Assembly: GCA_035084275.1 (NCBI GenBank)
Contig: CM068748.1
Location: forward strand, 16,182,001 to 16,246,000
Length of the DNA stretch: 64,000 bases
DNA from: Hydrolagus colliei
Lineage: Eukaryota
Reading direction: 5' to 3'
Notes under the pieces: generated by a model
Seen by the model: only the letters and a program-made list of their open reading frames with translations
Told to the model about the DNA's origin: nothing
Database searches by the model: none
Made by a program: the position numbers and the translations under genes
Part shown: positions 53,311 through 64,000 of the stretch, piece after piece
Layout: each line of letters begins with the position of its first letter
Position numbering within the stretch: the first letter of the stretch is position 1

Positions 53311-55385
53311 CAGTCGATATTAAGGAGATGCTCTGTTTAAATTGAGAAAGTGTTTTTGTGGTACTATATGTGAAAAAAGCAAAGCAGCAACAACGTAAAA
53401 GGCTATCACCCTCTCTCTTTAGTCACCTGGTTCAAATCAGTTCAGTTTCCACCTTGATATAATATCATTTGTTTTAATACCAAAGGAAACTTTACCGAGC
53501 AAAACTTGTAGAAATATAACTTCAAGCTACTGTACTTGCGTACGTCCTTAGCAACACTATCCAGCTTTAGTCGTAAGAGGGAATGGGATGAATTGCTTTA
53601 ATTCTTTTTCTTCCACACACCCCATCCGCCTCCAGCCACCTGCAGGATAAGGCAATGATTTTCTCCTTTGGTGTGGTGTTTGTGCATGTATGCACACATG
53701 CATGTATGATCACACTTTTGTGAAATAAAGTTCACATTCGCTCACTCTCATGCCCTTGTAGATATTAGCTTGGCCTCAGTTGATGACAGACAAAAAAAAT
53801 TATTCATTAAACTGACCTTCCGAGTGCTTTCCTTAACTAGAAAAACGTGTTACAGTTCCACTTAGTTTGTAGCTGTAATTAAAAGTAAATTTTTAACTTA
53901 ATTAATTGACTGTTACTGTTGACAAGAAATGTATGTGTTACAATTTTGACAGAAATAGATGCCAGAAACAGGAACGCAGACATCTATCACAGACCTACTC
54001 TTATTTGTGATTTTCTTTGTGTGCACAACAAGGTGAAGGATATCGGTGCTGAAAAATTGGAACATTTTACCATATTTGGGACTCAGGTATCCATTTAGCA
54101 CTTCCACTGTAAACCTTCTGCCACAGCCACACAACTCTGAAGCATGCCTAATTTCCTTTTACATCAACATGTAGCCAAACAGCCCAAGCTAAAACATATT
54201 TTAATATAGCAGAGAGAAGAAATTTGCATTCACTTAACCAGGCTGGGTGTAAACCTAAATCCAAGAAATGAAGTGACACTGTTCTGTGTGTAGAGGGGGA
54301 GAAATACAAATTCTTCCCACTCCTTGTTCCTTCTGAGAGTAAGGCTTGAAATGACTGTTGAGACTATGCACAAGTGGCCTGAAACAATCAGCCAACATTG
54401 ATAGTTTTATTTCGTAAAACAAAACAGCATTATCGTGCAAAGGGTAAACAGAGTTGATTTGGACCAGACTTTAAGCCACTGTATGTTGGTCAGAGATGCG
54501 AAATAATAAACAGTACTGTAATTATGCTTAAATAAATCATTCTTTCAAAGAAAACGTTGAAGGGCATCTACTGAAACTTCATTTCAATTTATAAATAATT
54601 TCATTAGATATCCTTCAACCTTTGATCAATTTCATAATCTTTTCACTGGTGCAACCTATTTCCTTCAATTAAAAAGTGATGATTTGTTTTTCATCTCAAA
54701 CAATATTGTGATAACAATATTTGTTAACAAATTGTAAAACGTGGAGAAAAAACGCTGTTCTCCAAAGATTGTTAGATCTTTGTTGAAAAAAAATCAGCAC
54801 AGCTTCCTTCCCAATATTTAGTGCAAGACTTGGCTCCTGCAGTAGATCAGATTTGTGCTGTCACTTCAAAGTGTTTGCTGGGATACTTCACCATTGACCT
54901 TTGGTAATCAACATCACCAAGCTTTAGGATGTGGCTATACAGATGACTGAGCTTCCTAGAGGAAGTCAATGAGATTTTGTTCACGGAAATAACTGTACAA
55001 GTTCATGTTGTATTTCAGGGGCATCGATGATGAGAGTGAGTTTACTATGAACCAGCTATTTTTCTCCTCCCTCCCCCCACCACCAAAAAACATTTTTGCT
55101 TTGTTAATCCCCCACTCACAGCTTGACACATCTACCAGAAGGCAAGGTGGATGGAGCACAGTGGGTTCTTTGGTTTCAGCATTTATCTTCAGCTGTAGGA
55201 GATGCAATTCAAAGTAGAAATACACACAGACAAGGCAAATATCAGTTTTTCTGCATGACAGGATGCTGTGTCCAACCGGCCACACTGAAATCTGAAAAGA
55301 AATCTTTAAATCCCAAAGCAGCTATGATAGTATCTCAAACCAAAGTGATAACTATATGGCCATGAAGCAGGCGCACGTCACTCAC

Positions 55386-55406
55386 CTGATACTTGGCATG
55401 TAGCAG
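55386..55406 (-). CDS. Candidate 21-nt microexon (LLHAKYQ) or 3' end of an alternative exon
   Basis: ccgtttcag|CTGCTACATGCCAAGTATCAG|gtgagt. Consensus donor; phase 0 is compatible with exon 33048-33135. Confidence 0.3.
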
Positions 55407-55589
55407 CTGAAACGGTTCGTACAATCGTAAGGGGGCCCAGCATGCATGGAGCAATGGAGCATGCATCAAAATTTATGATTGCTCACACAGCACTGTGTTT
55501 TGGAATGATTAGTAAACATGTTTTAATTAGAAATGTGAGCAGGCTCTCTCCTAGCCCACCCCTCAGCCACCATGGTCCAGTAGGAAAGG

Positions 55590-55925
55590 TAGCAAATGGC
55601 ATCACTTGAAACGACACTAACCAAAAAGTCACAGGGTTAACTCTTGGCTTGTGTTCAATTACCTGACCTCAGCTGTGAAGAGCGGCAAGGGTGATTTAAT
55701 TGGAATTAGCATTCCTGGCTTGGGGAGAAAGAGAAAGCCAGCAAGGGTCTCTTTCTTGATTGTTATCAGTGATCCTTCCTGCTGAAACATTTGTGTGCTT
55801 AGACATTAGAGGAGAGAAGAATTGAGGTTTAGCTCTGAAGCCCACAAGGTCAGAAAACTTACTGACATTCACTGCCTAGGCTTACACACAAAACATATGC
55901 CACACACTGGAGAAAAAGATACTGG
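55590..55925 (+). mobile_element. Second-family old SINE-like repeat (degenerate)
   Basis: taattggaattagcattcctggcttgggg...cagtgatccttcctgctgaaa...cactgcctaggcttacacac. Confidence 0.5.
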
Positions 55926-56049
55926 AGGGCATCCAGTTTTGTTCAACAATCGGATGTCAAACTGCGGTCCTATCTTCCTGTTCAGGTGGATGTTAAAGAT
56001 ACTATGGTACTATTCCCATGTGGTCAGATGTGAAATGCTTAACAAGTGA

Positions 56050-56240
56050 CTATGTTCCTGACCAACGATTCCCCAGACAACATTGGCCACTCACTTCATG
56101 ACTGTCCATGGGACACTGCTGTGCGCTGATTGGCTGCCTACAAAATACACAGTCATTTCACATTTACAGTAAATTCTTTGACACACTTTGGGGCATCGTC
56201 TTGACATGAAAAGGCACTATATTGAATGCAAAAATAAAAT
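56050..56240 (+). mobile_element. Deu-domain SINE fragment
   Basis: gggacactgctgtgcgctgattggctgcc...tgaaaaggcactatattgaatgcaa. Confidence 0.75.
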
Positions 56241-57218
56241 TAGCAAGAGTCAGCTTTTTCAAGAGAGAAGAGGGCGAGGATATAGCAAAATTTCAAGAAA
56301 CACTCAATGCCCCAGCTGCTAAAACATTTAAAAATCATTCCAATTAGTAAAGTGCTACAGGAAACTCAAATATCCTCAGAGCAAGGTTATTAATGTAGCA
56401 TTCAGAATCTTTTTTGAAAAATAATTGTTGAAATTGATATTGCCTAATCACATTTTAGAAATGTTTCATGTTTCTTCACAGGATTTAGCCTGTAGTGTAG
56501 TGACTGTAACTTTGCAGGCAAAAGTTGCTAAGATAGTGTTTAAGTGCACAAACACACAGTGCATAGTTGGTTTTGAAAAATCCAGAGGAAGATCTGAGAA
56601 AATCACTTGTCAACTGTAGTGGAAATTCACAAGTTTGCTTTCAAGTAATGAAGGTGACAGAACCCTATTTACAGGCATAGAACTGGAATATTATGGGCAG
56701 TTCTAAATAGGCCATTTATTTTAAAGGAACAATTGTATAATGGATGGACATTTATGCAGTTTCTGAAATTTTCATGCCATGTTTGCATAGAAGAACGGGG
56801 CTTAGTAAATGGCTTTTGATAGACCACTTTATTGTGTCTGGCAAAGATTGTGATTCAATGACACAAATTATATTATGGTGTCAAAAAACACTATTGCTTC
56901 TGTATGATGTGGGGATGAAAACGATGCAACTGTTTTATCCCTTTTCAGACACTGGGGTCTCTTTAAATGAGTGTGGCAATGAATCTCTTTCTGCAGATAA
57001 TAAATATCTTTGTGCAGACATAGGGCAGGTGGACACCTTCACTCTGATTCCCTAGCAACAATGACACAGTCTGCCAGAACCACCTCAAACATCTCGCAAA
57101 ACAATCATGCTTTGAAAGGTGGCACAGTGCAGCAATATAAGACTTTTGTTCAGAGAAGTGTGGGGGTGGAGGAAACGCATTACAGTAGAACCCATATTTG
57201 CCCTTACTTGGTGTCTTC

Positions 57219-57620
57219 ACAGCAACAAAATGACATGTATATAGTACCATTCACATCGGGAAAACGTCCCAAGGTGCCACCGATCTTCCAGTGTAGAATA
57301 ACCATAGGTTTTAGAAGCAGTAACTTCCTGACCTGGGGTAGGGTAACATTTTATGCACTGTTAGCATTTGTATCGCACCATTTATGTCGAGAGGATGTCC
57401 CAAGGTGCTGGATAGTCAAGGTTTCGCACTTGAGTTGCGGGTTACAATCAGAAGAGGTGGAGTGCAGGGAGGGTGGGGTTGGCGGCTGGTGTCCGAAGTG
57501 GAAGTCGAAGAGAAGTGTCTTGAAACAGACCTTGAAGAAGATAAGGGAGGGGGTGAGGCAAAGGGCCTGGGGTATGGAATTCCAAAGGACGGGGCAGAAG
57601 ATTGAAGGCAAGTGAGACAA
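57219..57620 (-). mobile_element. Two adjacent L2 3' fragments (tail 57219-57278; longer piece about 57345-57620)
   Basis: LWNSIPQALCLTPSLIFFKVCFKTLLFD (ORF 57351..57659) matches the L2 ORF2 end; tails are present. Confidence 0.8.
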
Positions 57621-58419
57621 AGACAATTGAAAGCAAAGATTTTCATTAATTTGGGCCAAATTTCAACAACTTTATCATGCAGTTCGCTTGAAAATATGCA
57701 GTTGCTACACTTTACAGTAAATCCTGTGAAGCCTTTTGAGCCTAATATTTTCCAGAATTAGGCTAACTGAGTACAGACCAGAGAGGAGTATGTAACCTTC
57801 TGGGCTGTGTAGTTTAAAACTGCACCTGGCAGCTTCTTTACCCACTTAGCCACTGAGAGAGCTAAGATTTAGTGTTTAATAAATATAGAAGTGGCATCCA
57901 GTAACAGAATATCAATACTGTACCAAGCTAGTTGTATTGTATTGACAGGCTGTCCAGCTTGGACACCTTGAATCTCTTCTCTAGTTTCTAAAAGGAATTT
58001 CATCCATCCAGCGGACATTTGGACAGATTGCTTGATCTAACACTGCCTTCTGGTCAGAAAGATGGATAGAGAGCACTGTAACAAATTCCCCAACGTCAAG
58101 AGGGGATTAAAAACACATTAGAGTAATAATATTGGAAGCTTTCCTTTTGATCCCTCTGAATATAGATCGTGAAACTAAGCAGCTCACAGCAGGGAACATA
58201 TACAATGGCTGATAAAACGTGAAGTTCAGGAAAGGAAAGAAGCAAGAAATGGTAAATATAACAATGAAGCAAAAAAAATTAAACTGAATTCAATACAAAT
58301 ACAATCAGCACCATATATATCCAGCAACAAAGCCAACAATAAAGCCAACAAAACGTTAAATAGCAAACAAAGAACTAGCACTAGTACAGAGGTTCATAAA
58401 GCACCCCAGTAACTCCCTG

Positions 58420-58750
58420 TCACAGAATGGATCGACATCAAGATCCTCACACTTCTGTTTAAATCCCTCCACTCCTCTGCATCCCCCTACCTCTCTAACC
58501 TCCTCTCTCCCCACAGTAGTATCAGCTGCCTCCGCTCTACTGGGTCAGGCCTCCTCCTTGTCCCCCGAATCCTCTGCTCCACCAATGGCAACCGTATTTT
58601 CAGCTAAGACACCGCAAAACTTTGGAACTCAATCACTCAACCCTTCATCTCGCCCCCCTCTTTTCCCATCTTCAACCGTGCTTATGGTTATATTCCCCCT
58701 CCCACTGGCTCAGCCTCGGGCTCCGTGACTGTGAAGCGCTCCGAGACGCC
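58420..58750 (+). mobile_element. Older L2 subfamily 3' fragment
   Basis: IDIKILTLLFKSLHSSASPYLSNLL...LRSTGSGLLLVP...LWNSI, ending in gtgaagcgctccgagacg. Confidence 0.8.
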
Positions 58751-58774
58751 GCCCGGCTTTCTTTTTCAAGTAAG

Positions 58775-59030
58775 AGGTTGCATTTGCAAAGCACTGTGTC
58801 ATGTCAAACAAACTCAAAAGTGCTTCACAGATAATTTGCTGTGAAATGTAGTAACTGTACTTGTAGGCACATGTTTCAGTCATTTGCACCGACAAGGTCC
58901 ACAAAACATAAAATGAATGAACAATTAACCAGGAAGAATGTTTACCAAGACACTGGGAGAAATTCCCTTTTCATTTAGAATCATGTCATGGGTTCTTTAA
59001 TAGGCATACGGGACCTGGTTTAATGTTTAA
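58775..59030 (-). mobile_element. Older Deu-SINE fragment
   Basis: Reverse complement of the 47521-47780 type sequence (gacactgggagaaattccc...gtcatgggttcttt). Confidence 0.65.
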
Positions 59031-59162
59031 TGTCTGACGCGGGAAACAAGAGTAACTTCTATTCTTAAACAGGAAGGTACAACAAACATGTTATGCAAGT
59101 AAAAACTGTTGAAACTAATATTTAGGTATTTTACTAGAATACAATTCACATTAATAACACAG

Positions 59163-59441
59163 TAATAATAATCATCATTCTTGCATTTGATACAGAGTTT
59201 TTCACGTCTTCTAGACCTCTCAAAGCACTTCACCAAATATACTGTGAAGTGAATTGACTGTATATTTGTTGGTGAAATGCACACAGCAGTTTCCCACAAA
59301 CAGTCGTGGATTTAAATGATCAAATTATTATTATTTTCTAGGTGTGATTGTTGCAAGGAAACTTGCCCAAGGTTTTGCTCTGCCAGGAATTGAACCCAGG
59401 TCTCTTGCTTGTAAGGCAAGCGCTCTAACCACTGAGCTACA
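59163..59441 (-). mobile_element. Full-length tRNA-derived Deu-domain SINE
   Basis: Head GTAGCTCAGTGGTTAGAGCGCTTGCCTTACAAGCAAGAGACCTGGGTTCAATTCC has intact A and B boxes; canonical tail. Confidence 0.93.
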
Positions 59442-59510
59442 CATATTGATATATTCATGTCGGGAGGGGGTCTCAAAGAGTCTCATATAGCTGGTTTAGC
59501 AACTAAGCCA

Positions 59511-59545
59511 GGGGTGGGGGGGGGGGGGGGGGGAGGGGGTGGGGG
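59511..59545. repeat. G-rich tract (potential G-quadruplex)
   Basis: ggggt, a long G run, then aggggg t ggggg. Confidence 0.85.
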
Positions 59546-59817
59546 TAGTAGCTGGAGTTTGAGAGGGTGGGGAAAGGAAAAATAGCCCAAATCTTGGTCA
59601 AAGACACAACTCTCAAAGCAGGTGTGGCAAGAACATCACTGATCAAAATATTTCAATTTGCTGTTGCTCTTTGTACAATTGGAAAAATTAAGCCAAGAAC
59701 CCCCAAAAATTAAGTTTCTCATTATTAAAAGCTATTCCTATTATAAATACACAAGAAATAGATTGTTACTGTTAGGGGTCAGTGTGTGCTACATCTTATC
59801 CATAGAGACAACCACGC

Positions 59818-59885
59818 AACAAAAATGCAAAATACTGCAGATGCTGGAAATCTGAAACAAAAACAGAAATCGCTGGGAACACCGG
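59818..59885 (-). mobile_element. Penelope-like terminal repeat fragment without hammerhead
   Basis: aaatactgcagatgctggaaatctgaaacaaaaacagaaatcgctgggaacac matches the start of the 61266 copy. Confidence 0.75.
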
Positions 59886-60909
59886 TCTTTCCACTTGATT
59901 TTGTTAATCGGATTAAGTACAATGTTAACACCAATTTAGATCTTAATTAATAGCATCTATTTGACCACCATTCCCACCCAGTCCAATGTAAAAATTACTC
60001 CAGGATCATCAACAGCAATAATCACACCCATCACAGGTTCCGTAAATGACAGGCAAAATCTCATCAGCCAGCAGGGAGAGCACTATCTTTGCTGTTCTGT
60101 CAGAATCACTTTGAAGGTACTTTGAAGTGTGTCCAGAATCTGTTTCCAAAAGCTGCTGATGAAATGTGTTGATCAGAATGAGAATGACTGTCGCACTCTT
60201 TGAAACTGACAGTGCTCTACCCTGGCTAGGATGGAAGAGAAGAGTTTTCATAGCAGTGCACCATCGTTCACTTGACTTTTCTCAGTAATTACTTTCTTAG
60301 CTGCATCACATCTGCCGGTGAAAGATGGAGCAGTATTTCTAGGAAGAGACTTTGAGATATTTTGTTGTACTCTTGTGGTGCTAAGAGTGCACAACCTAGA
60401 CATTCCCAAACTGGTGAACCTGAACTAAGGCTTGGCTGTTTTATACAGGAACAGAATCTGATTGTTTTTAAAATAAAGGATGATGTGCAGAGAATATGGT
60501 TATTTGACTCTGAGGATTAGCAGTCAGTCAGGGCCAATTTTCTTCATTGAGGCAAGAAGTTGCAATTGGCAACAGTTGACTATGGTCACATTGTGGGAAA
60601 ACCTCAACTCTTCTCAACTCATAGGATTGCTGATAGTTACATGAACGGAACAATTATGGCTTCACAGTCTGCATGCTGTTATTTCATTTTCTTCCATTTT
60701 CTTGAGCTAATTGTTCCAAATAAATATCTTCTTTCGCAAAATATTCTCGAATAACTCAAATGCATTGGAACAAACAGAATTATTTATTCCAGGAATCCGA
60801 TACTTTTTTCAAATTTACCAAGCAACACAAAGCAACACAAATTGCACTTTTTATACAGAGTGCATCAAAATATTTTGATTTGCAGCGCTCTTTGTAAAAT
60901 AAAAAATAT

Positions 60910-61092
60910 ATATATTGGTCAATTCAATCCATGACTGTTTGTGGGACACTGCTGTGCGCAATTGGCTGCCGTATTTCACCCATAAATATGCAGTCAATTC
61001 ACTTTACTGTATATTCTGGGGAGAATGTAGCATTTTGAGACATCTAGAAGATGTGAAAACCACTATATCACATGCAAAGATGACTATAATTA
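60910..61092 (+). mobile_element. Deu-domain SINE 3' half
   Basis: gactgtttgtgggacactgctgtgcgcaattggctgcc core followed by the tail. Confidence 0.9.
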
Positions 61093-61171
61093 TCAGAAAA
61101 ATGGTGCCATTGAAATGATACCATATGTACGTTTTGCTTCCCAGCTGCTGGAAAAGTGAGGAATAAAATAT

Positions 61172-61260
61172 AGTAATAATAATCTTTGCATTTAATATAG
61201 CGCTTTTCACAGGTATCACATTTATAAGTCGAGTACTCTGACCACTGAGCTATAGGACTC
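61172..61260 (-). mobile_element. Internally deleted SINE (tRNA head joined almost directly to tail)
   Basis: Minus strand: gagtcctatagctcagtggtcagagtac...gtgaaaagcgctatattaaatgcaaagattattattac. Confidence 0.75.
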
Positions 61261-61265
61261 CAAAT

Positions 61266-61510
61266 ATAAACAAAACACAAAATACCACAGATACTGGAAA
61301 TCTGAAACAAAAACAGAAGTCGCTAGGAAGACTCAGTGGGTTAGGCAGCATCTATGGAGAAAGGAAAGTGAGTCAACGTTTCGGATCCACGAGCATTCGT
61401 CAAATTTCAGTTCTGATGAAGGGTCCTGGACCCGAAATGTTGACTCACTTTCTTTTCTCCATAGATGCTGCCTGACCTGACAGCAGGGACTACTGCTTTT
61501 GTTTCAGAAA
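61266..61510. mobile_element. Inverted pair of Penelope-like terminal repeats
   Basis: Arms 61344-61404 and 61412-61472 are reverse complements (53/61 matches counted by eye), with outer ctgaaacaaaa / ttttgtttcag. Confidence 0.85.
61409..61445 (+). ncRNA. Minimal type I hammerhead ribozyme motif (Penelope-associated)
   Basis: Stem I AGUU/GACU, core CUGAUGA, extra A, stem II GGGUC-CUG-GACCC, GAAA, short stem III/loop, GUU triplet; predicted cleavage after 61441. Confidence 0.72.
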
Positions 61511-63574
61511 TAAAATAAGCTTTGTTGTAAAATGAAAAGTAAATTCTGGTCAAGCATGGAACCATTGAGAATGGGAACATCGTCTCATGATACCCTTTTC
61601 CCTTCTGCTGTTTTTCAAATGAAGCAATAAACCAAACATTAAACAAGCATAGTAACAGAACCATCAACTGAGCCCTTTTATTTAGGCTATTCATATTCCC
61701 TTACCTAAAAGTCAAATGCCTTTCACAATAAAATGGAAAAATCAATGCTCCGCCTACTGTCATGGATGAAGGAAAGGATCTAATTAGAAGTGGAGACTGA
61801 TGGAACAATCAGTATAACTCTTAATCCCAAACATAAGTACTGATAGCCCTGAGCCTCACACCATCCTTGCTTTGATTTTCATGTGAACAAGGCCTTATCT
61901 GAGAAACTTCAATTTGCATGACTTTGCTTGGAGGCAGCTCCCATGATATGTTAATTGCAGGGTGCTTAAGTACTAAAAGGTTAACATAAAATCCTTTGCA
62001 AACAAGCTAATAGTTTATGATAATTTTTTTTATTCTTGCCCTTTGTCAGTCTATCAATGGATTGCCTCTAGCTGCAGTTTTATCGAAGGGCTATAAAAAT
62101 ATAGTTTATACAAGTTCATTCATTCATAATTGATATTTAAATCACTTTCTCTAATTTAGCTATTCTGACCCACTAACAGTCTCCAAATTATAATGTAATT
62201 AAACCACCCTGTATTACAAAGAATTTTATTTCAGGACTAAATGGGCAAGTAAGCGAAAGAGCCTTCCTGTTCAAGAAGATCACTTCAGTGCTAAAATTGG
62301 CAAACTACAGAAGTATTACACACATTTTAAAGTTACTAAAACTATTATAGCATATTATGAACAGCCAACCACAGAATAATGCTGCACAAGATATATTTCT
62401 GACTCTCTTGCATTCCTACAAACCAATAATTTTCAGTGTTCAGAGAAGAAGGTGGTGCTAATCCAGTTAAAAGAATAATTGGGGAAAGGATTTTGAAGAA
62501 AATCACCCCTTCAGGTCCAAAGGTAATTATACAGTACATTGTTCTATTATGACAACTGCATTCCTTGTTTAGATACATGCAACAGGAAACGTGGAGAAAC
62601 AGAGAATCAGGTGGATTTGTGTGTGGAATGCCACAGTTTTCAGTCTGGTGGCACAGTGGAGCCTGACTACTGTAGTATCCAGTGCTAGAAATTAAACAAA
62701 TCCTATTGGTAATTACTGTAAAAGGAAGAGAGAGTGTGCAGTTTTAGTTGAAAGGCTCCATATGAATACAAGTTGTGCTCTTGTTCACACTGGAATTGCC
62801 TTTCCACAGTGAAGTGGAAAACTTCACTGACGAAGGTAAAACCGAATGAGTTCAAGTATTCTGAAAGTCTAACAATGATTTACTTCCTTCAAGCCTTCTT
62901 ACACATTTAATGCCAAGTTTATCTTCACATATGGGTGATGCAGAACAATTTCAATCCAATATGGCTCTGCATCACCTTGCCCTGCCACTTCCATCAACAA
63001 TCACTCCTTTTACATCGCTGACAGAGCCAGAGGTAAAGCGGGAACCAAAGAAACTGATTCAAAGTTAGGTTTGTGGCATAAATTCTCTGCCTGTTGAAAC
63101 CTTCCACAATTTTTGGCAAAGATCAGCATAGATCAGGGGTGTTAAACATAGCTTGCAGAGGCAGCTCAGTTCATCCATGTATAAAAACAAAATGGCTGGC
63201 AGTAACACAGATATTTTAAAGGTTGCTATTTCCAAAAGTAAAAGTGCCTCCCCAGACTGCACATTTCATTTATGTGTTGCTGTAAAGTGAATACAACACT
63301 GGAGAGGATTTATTTTGAATAGCAACATACAAAGAAACCCATCATCATGCTTAGGAGTATCCAACCAAACTGATGCAGACCATCTATACACTAGAATTCC
63401 TGTGAATTGGAATGCAGAGGGGAACGAAATCTAGGCACAGTAGATAACATATTAAATTTAATATAGGGTGATCAAAACTCGTGATATCTACCCTATTATT
63501 TAAGACTTATTAGACATTGTAATAGAATTACAACTTTTTGGTCACCCAGTAAGTATATATATTTATTTATTGTG

Positions 63575-63790
63575 TATCCTTACATTTAATGTAGTGCTTG
63601 TCACATCGAGAGGATGTTTCAAAGCGTTTCATGGGATATATTGTAAATTGCAGTGACTGAGTATTTTGTAGGTAAACGTGGCAGCCAATTTGAACACAGC
63701 AATAGCCAACAAACAGTCATGCAGTTTTTTTTAAGAGGACTGTTAAGTTAGCCAGATCACTGGGAGATCCTTACTTCACTTTTCAAATAT
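63575..63790 (-). mobile_element. Older Deu-SINE fragment
   Basis: tccttacatttaatgtagtgcttgtcacatc...aaacgtggcagccaatttg...aacaaacag...cactgggaga. Confidence 0.7.
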
Positions 63791-64000
63791 GGAGGACAGC
63801 AGTCCAGGAGATACAAATTCACTTCAAAGGCAATAGAAAAATGCTCAACTTAGCTCAAAATGTTTTGCTAGCCTACAATTATAGCTTTAAGTGAACACAA
63901 CATAAATGAGACTTAAGTAGATAATATCTCTCCAGGTGTGATAAGAATAGAAGTTTAGTCAAGAGGTATTATCTAATCCCTTTGTGCACTGGTTTGCACA

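Noticed and set aside
55019-55035. Plus-strand 17-nt ttcag|...|gtgagt microexon-like unit
   Set aside because: Not frame-preserving, no plus-strand gene is evident, and such matches are expected by chance in 64 kb.
57010-57615. 201-aa ORF, the longest in the track
   Set aside because: Mostly antisense to two L2 fragments; no homology recognised.
1-64000. CRISPR array, prokaryotic operon or defence system
   Set aside because: The sequence is vertebrate intronic DNA, with no repeat-spacer arrays and no long ORFs.

Overview
Eukaryotic, AT-rich and almost entirely non-coding DNA. The repeat content points to a cartilaginous fish, most likely a chimaera such as Callorhinchus milii; this is recognition from memory, not a database result. 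It comprises tRNA-headed Deu-domain SINEs with ...ATATCAAATGCAAGGATTATTATT tails, L2 LINE 3' ends with (TTG)n tails, CR1 remnants and Penelope-type terminal repeats. The window looks like the large introns of one minus-strand protein-coding gene. Two phase-compatible exons (33135-33048 and 32344-32218) encode a Ser-rich, low-complexity stretch that I cannot assign to a gene, and a few weaker exon candidates flank them. Most ORFs in the supplied track look spurious or repeat-derived. No prokaryotic-type system, CRISPR array, rRNA or genuine tRNA was found. The most interesting signals are RNA-structural: (i) minimal type I hammerhead ribozyme motifs in Penelope-like repeats, including an inverted pair at ~61.3-61.5 kb in which only the copy antisense to the host gene is intact; (ii) an isolated 29-bp hairpin at 15054-15153; (iii) a covarying 3' stem-loop shared by the L2 and SINE tails, with many L2 copies truncated at its edge; (iv) a candidate 21-nt microexon with nearby RBFOX motifs. 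Repeat boundaries are estimated by eye (about +/-20 nt).
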